This document shows positions 43,361-55,205 of a DNA stretch of 64,000 bases, in pieces. How positions within the stretch are numbered: position 1 is the first letter of the stretch; the number at the start of each line of letters is the position of its first letter. The position numbers and the translations under genes were made by a program. The notes under the pieces were generated by a model. It was not told the origin of the DNA. It saw only the letters and a program-made list of their open reading frames with translations, and did no database searches. The stretch lies in NCBI RefSeq assembly GCF_009914755.1, contig NC_060940.1; one strand, written 5' to 3'. The DNA is from the human T2T-CHM13v2.0 reference genome, Homo sapiens.

Positions 43361-44345
43361 TCAGCAAACATTTATTGAACACTCACTGTAATAACAACTG
43401 GTGGTATTTCTGCAGTGCTTGACTGCTTTCAGAATGTTTTCACACACCTGATCTCATTCGCATCTCATAACTACCCCGTGGAATAGTAATTATTAACACC
43501 TTTATTTTCATTTCACATCTGAGGGCACTGAGACTGAAAAAATGGTATGTTGTTGTGTTTGAATGTGCTTGATATGGTAGACATGGGGGAGTCACATCTG
43601 TACATATAGTCCTAAAGTCTATATTTATTTCCATTGTGTACTGATGATAGTACTACATTATTTGATATAATAATGGAAGGGACATACCTATTTTTAAAAA
43701 ACACTACTTTGGAGGAATTAACAGTTTACTAAGGATACATAAATGCCATAGAAAATATTAGCAAGAAATAGAAGAAAGTGATTATTTTGTCTGCCAATTA
43801 GTATGATAAAGGTAACTGACCTTGTGAAATAAAGAAGGAACAATATAATAATATTTACCAAATATTTTAAACAATTTTGTCATCACCATTTACCAAATAA
43901 CCCTAATACTTCCCTCCCCAGTTGATACGTGATGGCAAGCCAGGGTGAGTTTTTGTATATTGCATTGCCTTAATTCATTGATTGATGCTGGTACTGCAGG
44001 TGTTGGATTATTATAAGTTTAAGCTATTCTTTAATTGTACAGATAGTAAGTCTTCTCTCATTGGAGGGGATGGATATGAAGGGATTTAACATTTTTTTAA
44101 AATTTAAAACATCATTTCTCATTAAATAAATACCTTTTTCTTTTTTCCTGCAGTGAAGAAAAACATAGATAAACGGATGACTCAAAGTGGAAGGGAACAA
44201 GTGATTTTGTTACAGTCGTCAGAACTGTGGCCAGAATCATTTTAGATAAATATGTCAAATGTGTGGAATGTCACGGAAGTGGTCGTTTTTTGTCCTCCCA
44301 GCTTGGGGCACATGCTCATAGAAATATGTGTTAGTTATTGAGAGT

Positions 44346-44645
44346 CTTTTTTTTTGTTAAGACAGTCCCATTCTGTTGCCCAAGCTGGAGTGCAGTGGCA
44401 CGATCTTGGCTCACTACCACCTCTGCCTCCTGGGTTCATTCAAGTGGTTCTGGTGCCACAGCCTCCCAAGTAGCTGGGATTACAGGAGTGTGCCACCATG
44501 CCCAGCGAATATTTTTTGTATTTTTTAGTAGAAATGGGGTTTTACCGTGTTGGCCAGGTTGGTCTGGAACTGCTGACTTCAAGTGATCCTTCCACCTTGG
44601 CCTCCAAAAGTACTGGGATTACAGGCATGAGCCTCCGCGCCCGGC
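44346..44645 (-). mobile_element. Full-length Alu (diverged J/S)
   Basis: Dimeric Alu; TSD tgagagtc. Confidence 0.92.
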
Positions 44646-45181
44646 TGAGAGTCGTTTTTTAATGTTGGATTCATATTTATCCCACACATTGACTGGTTAT
44701 GCAGATACTGGTCGCATTAAGTTCCCAAGAAGTTCTCCTCTCTGCTGCTATTCTTTATCACAGCATCCTGTTTATCTGTTTCCCCACGTGTATTACAGTC
44801 TGTAATTATTTCTTTTCTTTGCTTTTTTTTTTTATTAACTATGCTCCTTCCAGGAATGAAATCTCCATGAAGACAAGGACCATGCTCATTTTATTTTGTG
44901 CTTTATATTCGGTACTTAGATCAGCGCTTGCCACAGGACAAGTGGTCAGTAACCATTTGTGAAATGAATTTGATTTAAATAAATGTACATTTCCAGAAGA
45001 AATGGGAAATAGACCTACCTGGTTAAATGAGTGTTTTTATCTTAACCGGACATGGGTTATCACTTTGTAAACTAAAAACAATCCCATCTCAGTACTGTAC
45101 CAGACACAATTGCCGGAGGTTCAGAAAATAATTAAAGTTTTGTAATGACTTATAAATTGCATTATTAAAAAGTCAATTTTC

Positions 45182-45480
45182 AGCTGGGCACAGTGGCTCA
45201 CACCTGTAATCCCAGCACTTTGAGTGGCCAAGGCAGGCAGATAACTTCACCCTAGGAGTTTGAGACCAGCCTGGGCAACATGGTGAAACCCCATCTCTAC
45301 CAAAAATACGAAACTTAGCCAGGTGTGATGGTGTGGTTCTGTAGTCCCACCTACTCAGGAGGCTAAGGTGGGAGGATTGAATATGGGAGGCTGAGGCAGC
45401 ATTGAACCGTGATCGCAGCGCTGCACCCCAGAGAGAGTGACAGAACAAGAGTCTGTCTCCCAAAAAAAAAAAAAAAAAAA
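45182..45480 (+). mobile_element. AluJb-like
   Basis: Dimeric Alu with J-type right arm (ggtgggaggattg); TSD tcaatttt. Confidence 0.92.
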
Positions 45481-45492
45481 CCTCAATTTTTA

Positions 45493-45686
45493 TCAGGACA
45501 CAGAGGCTCACACCTTTTATCTCAGCACTTTGAGAGGCTAAGGCAGAAGGATCGCTTGAGCCCAGGAGTTGGAGATCAGCCTGGGCAATAGAGTGAGGTC
45601 GAGGCTGCAGTGAGCCGTGATTGCACCACGGCAACCCAGCCTGGGCTACAGAGAAAGACCTTGTCTCAAAAAAAAAAAAAAAAAAA
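45493..45686 (+). mobile_element. AluJo-like with an internal deletion joining the left and right arms
   Basis: ...ctgggcaatagagtgag|gtcgaggctgcagtgagcc...poly(A). Confidence 0.85.
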
Positions 45687-46376
45687 TGTCCATTTTCCAA
45701 ATCCGTGCTGACTCCTTGGATCCCGACCGCTGTATATAACTGCTGGTTTCCCCTACATTTAATGTGCGGTACAGAGAAGAGGGGTGGCAATGAAGACGTG
45801 TGCTAGAGACATACAAGATTCTGATTGCGATTAGGATTACTTTAGAAACTTTTGATCTGCTGGGATTGAGTCATGATTCTGTAAAGCCCTTGAAGAAATA
45901 CGGTTACCCTCGTGTAAGCTGTCTTTCACAGCTCACTTTTACTTGGCCCGGAGTTTAATTCCAAGTAATCATTGGGTAGGTGATGAGGTTCCGCTTCTCC
46001 TTGAGCTGAACGAATTAAAACGTGAAGTTCCCTTACTTTGTAAGTGGGTAGGAGTTCATTGGACATAGGCCATTAGTCACTTAATTTTTATGCCATATAA
46101 ATGGGGCATCTCTTTGCCATTTTGCATGAAGGGACTTTGTGGAAAGCCATAAAGAGGGGCAGTAAATGTGCAGGCAGGTACTTTGTGACCACGTTGCCCC
46201 TTTCGGCTCAGTCCCCTTTTGAGGGATGATTCGTTGCAGGCAATTTCCTGCCCTAGTGGCAGGGAGCAGGCATGTGCTTTAAAATCCTTCCTTTTAAGAA
46301 TGATTCCTTGCCCTGCAAGGTTCCTTCAAGTTATTTTTTTTTTTCGTCTCCAACTGGGGGAAATTGTAGGACTCAC

Positions 46377-46377
<1 letters not shown>

Positions 46378-46410
<33 letters not shown>
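46378..46410 (+). repeat. Pure A33 tract with no upstream retroelement body
   Basis: Seen directly. Confidence 0.95.
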
Positions 46411-46412
<2 letters not shown>

Positions 46413-47898
46413 GAGGCACAACACAAGAAGAGTATTACCTAATCGCATGAAGCATAAATCTGTGCGTCACTTCCTACTTTAATAAATTGCTCTTTAGTTT
46501 CAGAATTGGTGAATCTAAGTGGGCACCCAAAGAAGAAAAAAATAACAATTTTCCCCTTATCTCTGAATTTCTCTTTTGAGCTTTTTCGTAGATTATCGTG
46601 GGTCTCTACAAAGATTTCCTTTTCCTTCTATTTTTAGGTTGTTAAAAAAAAGTCATACTGTGTACTTTTTTCTCATAATCCTTTATTTGTTATTTAAAGT
46701 ATAAATAAATCATAGATATTTGCATACAGCTTAGAGCAGAGTAGGTGGGGGGTTATTTTGGTTTATATCAGAGAAAATGGAAATAAAATAGAAACTCGAT
46801 ATTGTTTAAAGACAGCTTAACAGCATTGTAAGGTTCATAAAAGCCCAATAAGCTATTCTTGATCTTAAATCTTAAATCGTTGGTGATTTTCATTTAGATT
46901 TTTTTTAATCACCAAGAAGGTTGAGATATGTCTAACCCGTTATGTGAGTTTGAAACAAGGTTTGTGTTCTATTTTCCATTCCTTTGGTCTAAAATTTTAT
47001 TAGACATTTTTCTTAGTGCAAAATTAATTGATCCTGGTGGTGAGGTGGTGATAAATCATTGCAGGTGGGGGGAAATTGATTTTTATACCACCTCTCACTT
47101 ATTTCAATCTTAGTGGAATTAACTCTGTTAGGTTCTGGGGGTGTTTATGGGTATTATAAAACATTTACATCTTGATGTATTAAGGTACTTGAGTGGTTTT
47201 TAGACATTATTAAGGGAATTATGTTAGGATTAGTCTGGTTATCAATTTCTGTATCTGGCACCTAGCTAAGGAAATGGCTGTTTTATCCTCATTAGAGCCA
47301 TAAATAGAATTTTATTAACTAGCACGTACCAAGTGCCAAGGCTGGTGGTGAAAACCCTTTCTGCCTTGAAGGGGAGACTGTAGATTCCTGAGCATGAGAC
47401 GTTAAATGAGTAAGTCTTTGACAATCTGTAAACAGCTTCCTCTGCAGAAGAGTGCCCTGTTGCCTTGGAGTTTGAAAATACTGCAGGGGATAAAGATTCC
47501 ATGGAAACTTTAAACAATTGGGACTGATGGATTTAATCCCTCTGATACGCTTGTGTAAGTCTCACTGAATACAGATCTGATTATCTATTGGCCTTGGAGA
47601 AGGAACACTGAGACTGTCCATATGGAAGATTATTAGGGAGAAGAGATACATAAACACACTATTAACTATTAACCATGCTGTATATTTGATCTTTACTGAG
47701 GCTGTTGATGTCAGGGCTTGGTTTTATTTATCTGAATTTTCTTTTGCCATCAAGATTAGTTTTAATAGGCTTAGACAAAACCTGGCTGAAAGATTATAAA
47801 CAAAAGATAATGATAAATGGTAATGTTCCCACTTGGCTGGGATCTGGGGAGAGAGGAAGGGAGATTCATAATAGCTTGGTCTAGGTGAGGATTTTTTT

Positions 47899-48090
47899 TT
47901 TAATGATCTGGAAGGGAAAGTAAATTGCATGCTAATGAAATTTGCAGACGATATTAAATTGGAAGGTGTTGCAAATAGGAGCGTGGACTGGGGACATTAC
48001 AGAAGCCTATCCTAAGCAGGTTAGAAATATGAGCAGAAAAGATTAAAACACGATTCATCCTAGAAAAGACAGACTAATACATTTTGGGGG
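47899..48090 (+). mobile_element. Ancient CR1/L3-clade LINE, reverse-transcriptase fragment
   Basis: Translates as FNDLEGKVNCMLMKFADDIKLEGVAN, then after frameshifts LSRLEI*AEKIKTRFILEK and RLIHFG; matches the CR1 RT pattern FINDL...KFADDTKLGG...LDRLE.WA....MKFN..KCKVLHLG. Confidence 0.82.
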
Positions 48091-48883
48091 TCGGGAAAGG
48101 GGGATACCCTGAATCTTGCAATGGAACTGATGGGAAAACTCAGAAGGAAAAATAGGGACCAGAGGTAGAGGAAGCTACAGGCAGTCTGCAGGGTGGCATT
48201 GTCCAAAGACTCTCTGTTGGTCCGTGGCCTGAGTGGGATAAGCTGCATCGTCCCAGAATCCAAGGACAGCCGCCTCCCTCCGTCCTCGCTTCTCACAACT
48301 TCTGGGGCTGCCTTTCTGCTGTCTCTGTCTTTGTTTTCCTCTCTCTTCCTTTTTTTGTTCTTTCATATCTATCAGCTCACCCACCCCTAGTCTGTAGCAT
48401 TTATTTCTGGTACCTTTAGTAGGAGAAAGATGGAGACAGATTGGAGACAAGTTGGCAATGAAGAGTGAAAAAGATTAAGGGAAGGGGAGGATTGATACAT
48501 GAGGAGGGATTAAAAGCATTGCATTTGCATCATGCGTCCACACAGCATCCAGAGGAGGACATAAGCACACAGGCACTTAGACAATGTAATGTCGCAGTAC
48601 TCAGGAAGGTGGCCGTGGCATTATTTAGCCCCACGAGCCAGAATATAGCCAGAAGTAATTAAGATAGGGAAATTATATAACCAAAATTCATTGCGGGAGA
48701 GAATGAGGGTTGGAAACATCACGGTTTATGTGTTTATACCGGTCATTACATAAACCAGTCACATCTGAAGGGCTCACAGCTACACTGAACAGGGGCTTGC
48801 TTACCAACAGAAAATCCCGAGGACACATACTACAGAGAGTATGTGGCTATTTTCTTTTCCTTTGAGATTTTTTGTTAATATAT

Positions 48884-49089
48884 ATGTCTAGGAGCGTGCT
48901 CAGTCTAACATCTCCAAAGCAGATCTGCATGCTAGCAATGCTAGCAACATATGTGTGTGTGTGTGTATGTGTGTGTATATATATGTGTGTGTGTATATAT
49001 GTATATATATATGTATTACATATGTATGTATATGCTATCAACATGCAGGTCTGCTTTGGAGATGTTAGACTGAGCACCCTCCTAGACAT
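48884..49089. repeat. Inverted repeat with 48-bp arms (48884-48931 and 49042-49089) around a (TG/TA)n spacer
   Basis: 46/48 complementary; also seen as mirrored peptides MSR.VLSLTSPKQ.CML on both strands of the ORF track. Confidence 0.96.
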
Positions 49090-49174
49090 CTATGTCCAGT
49101 GGAAAGAGCAGTGGAGAGCATTGGGCTAACATGTATTGAGCAGATGGTGGGGGATGTTAGTAATGAGATATAAA

Positions 49175-49370
49175 TTGATACTGTGCAGCCAACTTTCAGA
49201 GGTGCTTACTCCATGCCCGGTGCTAGGACAAGCACCTTGCAGATGTGATCCCACGGAATTGTCACCATAACCTTCAGAGATGGGCACTGTTATTGATCCC
49301 ATTTTTCAGAGGAGGAAGATGCATCTCAGAGAGATTATGCACACCGGGAAGTGTTACTCTGCATAGAAGT
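49175..49370 (-). mobile_element. MIR
   Basis: gtgcttactccatgcccggtgct...ccataacctt...cccatttttcagaggaggaa...ctcagagag. Confidence 0.6.
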
Positions 49371-49645
49371 AGGGGACAGCCAGGATTTTCCACACCAACT
49401 CCGGAGCCCACGCCTTGTAATACCACGTTTTGCTGGTGAATCCCTAATTCAGAAAATTACCATGAATGTGTCATGGGAGAAAACAGCTTCCACCGAGGGT
49501 GTGGGCCCCAAAGTGCTTTGTTCTGGAATTCATTGCAGGGGAGAGGAAGAGACTTCAGGGTAAAAGAAACAGGTGAGGTGTGGGGACCTTTGCATTATTT
49601 TGTGGGAGAACACCGAGTAAAAAATAGTGGCGGTGGTGTTGGTAG

Positions 49646-49683
49646 TAACGGCAAAAACCTCAGTTACTTTTGTGCCGACGTAA
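49646..49683. mobile_element. Half of a Made1 (Hsmar1-derived MITE)
   Basis: taacggcaaaaacctcagttacttttgtgccgacgtaa followed by TA, versus the Made1 arm TAATGGCAAAAACCGCAATTACTTTTGCACCAACCTAA. Confidence 0.7.
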
Positions 49684-50353
49684 TAACAACACTATTCATA
49701 ACATTAACAGTTGAATTTTCAGAGCATTTGCTGAGTGCTGTGGATAATGTTGGTGCTTTCTAAGCATTTTTCACAGACTCCTCTTAGAAAGCCTCCAAGG
49801 AAAGTGAAGATTAGGAGGATGAAGTAACTTGCCCAAAATCCCGCTGCCACTCTGACTTGATCCAGGTTGGAACCCAGGCAATTTGACAAGGCTACCCCAC
49901 TGCCCGCCTGAGTTGAATAGAGAGAAAAGTGGAAGAAAATTAGGCCGTACTGCACACCAGAGAGACAGAAACGGGTGAGCGTTTGTTATTGGGCAAAATA
50001 AAAATGTACCACTCTATAGAGTGGTATCATATTAACTGTTCCTGAGTAGAGAAAGAATATTATCTCTGTACCATGAGAAGTAAGAGTTCTGAATTAAAGG
50101 TATCACCTCTAAGTTTTAATTTTTGCAGAAGCTCTCTTCATCTGAATTCACAAGTATTGACTGTTTCTTGGGAAAAATCCCAGATTGCGCATAGACCAGC
50201 ATGCTTGATCTCTGAGACAGATGGACATGCTGTAATCTTAAAGTGAAAAATCTAAGGAAAATTTTACAAGGTAATTTTTGTCTCCTTTTCTGAACAGCAA
50301 GTTTGACACCTAGCTATGGCTTCAGGGCCTTCTCATTCCTTGTACCTTGTCTG

Positions 50354-50722
50354 TTTTTTTTTTTTTTTTTTTAATTTTACTTTAAGTTCTGGGATACGTG
50401 TTCAGAGAGAGTGTGCAAGTTTGTTACACAGATAAACATGTGCCATGGTGGTTTGCTGCACCTGTCAACCTGTCATCTAGGTGTTAAGCCCTGCATGCAT
50501 TAGGTATTTGTCCTAATGCTCTCCCGCCCATTGCCCACCACCCCCGACAGGCCCCAGTGTGTGATATTCCCCTCCCTGTGTCCGTGTGTTCTTATTGTTC
50601 AATTCCCACTTATGAGTGAGAACATGTGGTGTTTCGTTTTCTGTTCCTGTGTTAGTTTGCTGAGAATGATGGTTTCCAGCTTCATCCATGTCCCTCCAAA
50701 GGACAGGAACTCATTCCTTTTT
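50354..50722 (-). mobile_element. L1PA7/8-like 3' end
   Basis: ttttactttaagttctgggatac...gtgccatggtggtttgctgcacc...gagaatgatggtttccagcttcatccatgtccct. Confidence 0.92.
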
Positions 50723-51038
50723 ATACTTTGCCCCTTCTTTTAAGAGGTCTTTAAACAATCTCTTAGCTTCCTATCAGCCTGTAAGTCTTCAGAACCAAGG
50801 AGAGCAAGCTCTGCACATCAACAAGGTCTAATAATTTCTTGAGCATTTGTTATTTGCCAACTACTTCATTAAGTACTTTGCATCTATTGTCTCATTTCAT
50901 TGATCCTTACAACCTACTCAGTTCATAGTTAAGAGAACCCTCACTTGAAGAGATGAAGAACTCTGTGTACCATTGTCACCCTGTTGCAAAGTGACTGAGT
51001 CTAGATGTGCTCCTACATCTGACTCTAAAACCCTTACG

Positions 51039-51350
51039 CAACCAAACATGGTGGCCCCTGCCTGTAATCCCAGCCCTTGGGGAGGCCAAGGCAGGAGGAT
51101 CACTTGAGCTCAGGAGTGGGAGACTAGTCTGGGTAACATAGTGAGACTCTGTCTCTACAAAAAAGTGAAAAATTAGTTGGGCTTGGTGACTGAGGCCTGT
51201 ATTCCCAGCTACTTGGGAGGCTGAGGTGGGAGGATCGCTTGAACCCCGGAGGTTGAGCCTACAGTGAGCTGTGATGGCACTCTGTACCCAACCTGGATTA
51301 CAGAGCAAGACCTCATCTCAAAAAACAAAAACAAACAAATAAAAATTAAA
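51039..51350 (+). mobile_element. AluJo-like, inserted in a MIR (50835-51035)
   Basis: ggaggatcacttgagctcagg...ggtgggaggatcgcttgaaccc. Confidence 0.9.
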
Positions 51351-54309
51351 TAATATCCTTAAGCCTAGCCATTCTTTCCTACTACAGTGAATGGGCTAAA
51401 TTTTTATTTATTCTGTTTTTATCCCAGTCCTTCTCAAGCAGATTCTGCCATTGAAGTGGAAACATTAACAATCAGAGGCCTGTTTTCTTGGTGTTATGGC
51501 ACTGGTTGAACTTCACGTAGTATACATAGGTATTACCCAGCCTCAAAAACAAGCAAAAATTAAAAATTCTCTCCAGAACTCAGGTGAGTGAAAAATGGGA
51601 AAGGATGCCTAACTTTATAGATATTGCACCAGTTCATCCCTTTGTCCCTACGTGCCGTTAGTATAGTGACGGAGTTTCACGTTGGCACCCAGAGATCCTT
51701 CCAGAAGGAATATGCACATACCCGCAGCTACTTTTGTTTTTCTTTCTTTCTTTGCAGTACTCTAATTAGAAATTGTATATCTGGGAAGTCCTCTGTGGTT
51801 TGACAGTGAGTGGCAGAGATATGGCCAAATTACCTGCAATGGCACTTTTAATTTATTTTCTACTCCTGGCTTGCCTCACGCTAAACCGACTTTGTTTCTG
51901 AAGCTGTTCTTATTTGGAGGGAACAAGAAAAGGAAGGTTTTCCAAGTACAGGAGTGCAATGCAGAAAGTTCCTTTTTCGTGTTGATCTTAGTGAGCTGTG
52001 GATGGTGCTGGAATGGATGGAGAGAAAGGGCTTTGCCTGTGTAGCTTGTTTTTAACATTATTCCATAAAGAGCACTGACAATTAATTAGACTCACACAAC
52101 ATCTAGGCCATTGGTACTGAAGTGGTAGATGGTAATCACTTTGCCCCATTTTTCCTATTATCTACTTAGCAGCTACAAAATATAATTCTGCTTGCAATTT
52201 ATATTCTTTTTCATGCTTTGGCTTTGCTATTGGTACTGAAATTAACCAGTTTGCTCGATCTCTTTTCCTATGCCGTCAGGACAGCTCTGGGGTAGTTCAG
52301 AAATCAATTTTCAATCAGTTCACACCTGTACCTAAACCAAATCCCAATGATGCTTGCTGGTAAGCTGCCGATATTTGAAAGAGTCACTGTGCTAATGAGG
52401 CCCTCACATATAATATCTGCATAAATGGAAGATGTCATTCACAACCAGTGTTGAGGACAGCAGCCTGCAGAACTGCAGGTGGGTGGGCTGCGAAGTTGGG
52501 ATAAATGTTTCATTCATTTAATGCCATTTTTATCACCTGTTTGCCTGAGGAAGACGCCATAGCAACAATATTTTATAGCTTTAAATACGGTGTTGATGTT
52601 TTCTGGAGTCAGGAAAAGTTGGGTATACTTACAGAAAGTGGAGAGGTCCTTGGTTTCTTTCATGCCACTTTGTAAAGATGAACAACTATTCAATCACGGT
52701 GCAGAATACCCCTGACCTTGTGAAATCAGGGGAGAATGGAAATTATTTTCCCTTCTCAGTCATTGGTATTCAGCTAGGTGGTTTATGCTAGGTTGTCTTA
52801 GAGGTATTGTGACTCCGTTCACATTATATACGAGTGCATGGAGAACACATTGTTCTTCTCATTAAAGGCTTATTAACTGCAGTTTGTGAAATGGAGTGAA
52901 AACAAATACGCTTCCAAATGGCTGGCATGTTTCTTATCCTCTTGCCTGACACAGAAAACCCCAGGGTATCGGGGAAATTCACAGAAACAAGGGCTTCAAA
53001 GAAACATTCACAGTTAGCCAGTCTTAAACCGAGAGAGGCAAGGAAATCGCAGGAATGTTGATTTCTTCGTTGTTGTTTCTTTTCAGATACTTACTGTAGG
53101 AGTCAAGAAAAATGAAAATTAAAAATAATGGCTAAAAGTATGGAAGAATCTGCTCAGTGGCCCTGGATAGGGGAGAAAAGGGGGTCCCGTTAATTTGCAA
53201 ATTTGGAATTCCAGATACTAAATATGTTAAGCTTAGTAGGAAGTAGATTCTGCATAAGCCTCCATGACAAAGGCATTTGATTAGAAATATGAAAAGAACC
53301 TCAGAAAGGAAAGTTTAAGACTATTTCTGGAAGTATGAATTCTGAGGGCGTGTGAACTGAATAAAAGGAGCCATATACATTGTGGTAGCAATGAGTGCAG
53401 TCTTCATGCTGACAGGAGTATTTCTAAGTTTATGGGAGCCAAACACCCTGAAATCCCACATCTCTACATATGGCAAAAGGTTTTCATCCCTAAAACACCT
53501 CTTGGGTGTTGCCGAGTGCTGATTCCATGCACAAGGAGAGACGTGGCTGTTTCTTTGCCTCACAGATTCTGAGATGCATAATAGCTTCTGCTTTTTGTTC
53601 TGGTGAGAGGTTTGCTTTTTAGGATGTAAATGACCATCACGTTGGCTTGAATCTGTTCCCTGCTTTTCCTGCCTATCCATCCTTGTATATCCTGCAACCT
53701 CCATGGCTAAGGACAATAGGGTCTGTTGGTAACCTCAGAGGAGATTGGATTGTAGGTAGACTCTGTTTCTCTCCTGTCCTCTTTGTGACTGCTCTAGTTG
53801 CAGTGGAGACATCGGATCCCATCCAGAAGCATCTTATTTACATTGATGGCCCATTAACACAACATGTAACCCAAGAAGGAACGCAACAATAAATCATCAG
53901 TCACATAATTAAATAAATTGAGGCTTCTTGTGTAAAAGTGGGATAACACACAGTCGGCGGAGCGTTATTTAGTTCAAGCCAAGCTAATATTGTTAGAGCA
54001 AACATTAAGGCAGGTGACGAGGCTGCATCAAAATATTAATTATACACCATTTTGGCACTGATAATAAATGTTCACGTATGGCCCTCTTTCCAGGAGAAAT
54101 GCTGAAATATGTTTCAAAGCAACGCTTTGAATAATTCAAGAAATTATTGGAGTCTCAGTGGGAGAGCTCGACTGACATCAAAGTCATGGCGTCCATTTTT
54201 AACCCCCCATCCCTGGTTTCTTCTCTTCTCCAAAGGGCTCTGAATGCCAAGTCTCCATGTGTCTTAAATGTATCATTAAAGACACATTCCCAGACAGTGA
54301 GAAATGCAG

Positions 54310-54560
54310 TGTCGATAACTTGGGAAGAGTTCAGAAATCTTGACTCAGATGTGTGAGAACTTTTAAAATCACAGATCTTGGCATGAGGCCAAGTCTGTGT
54401 CCTACAGCCTGGCTACCTTGGCTGAGTTGCTCAAAGTCTCTGAGCATCCCTTTCCTCCTTCATACATTGGAAGTACTAGTACCTACCTTGCAAGATTGTT
54501 GCAAGGAATGGAAATGAGATATGTGCTACCCTTAGAATATTAAGTTTGGGGAGTTCTGGA
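54310..54560 (+). mobile_element. MIR
   Basis: ctaccttggctgagttgctcaaagtctctgagc...tagtacctaccttgcaagattgttg. Confidence 0.6.
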
Positions 54561-54994
54561 AGATAGCAGTCGTCTCCTTAATAAGTGTGGTTGTTACTAA
54601 CTATTTTTACAGATCTGACTTCTCCATAGCCTTGCCTGGACTCCGAGCAGAAGGTTACTGTGTGTTCTTTTGTTTACCCACTGGACTGGAGAATGATCCA
54701 ACATTGCTCTAAAACAGGATACTGCACAGGTTCACCTGGGTAGCAGATTCATTCATCCTAGCCAGTAGGTCTTTATACAAGGAAGACTAGACTTGGAAGA
54801 ACTTGATAATCCTAAATAATATTATTTATTTCTATTCCTTCTCTATCTCCCTGCACTAGAATGCAACATCTGTAAGAACAAGGATTACATTTTTCCCATA
54901 CATGGTAATATTTGCTCAGCAACTATATAGTGGTAGAGTTGACTTGAAGGATATATTTAAAGGAATCAATCAAGAGTGAATTAGTTGGGGTTTT

Positions 54995-55205
54995 AGGTGA
55001 GTCTGAAACTCAAATGCCTACAGAGATCTACAGATTTTGAGTTGGGCTGGGTATAAAATGATAAGGGAACAGCATAGTTCATGGCAAACCAAAGAAGGCA
55101 CACCTCACCCAAGGGTATTCAGAGTCATTTGATCATTACCAACGACAGGCACAAAAAACTCCATTTGAATGCAAATTCAGCCTCCAAGAATGAACTTTGT
55201 GAACT
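54995..55205 (+). mobile_element. MER102-like hAT-Charlie relic
   Basis: aaactcaaatgcctacag...gggctgggtataa...tggcaaac... Confidence 0.5.

Noticed and set aside
45173-45790. Longest ORF (205 aa, minus strand)
   Set aside because: It translates two antisense Alus and poly(T) runs, the classic Alu-derived pseudo-peptide.
46245-46266. CTCF-like tgccctagtggc
   Set aside because: Two bases short of the core spacing; not supportable without a PWM score or ChIP data.
48723-48756. Small hairpin ggtttatgt/acataaacc
   Set aside because: A 9-bp stem with a long loop is within chance expectation.
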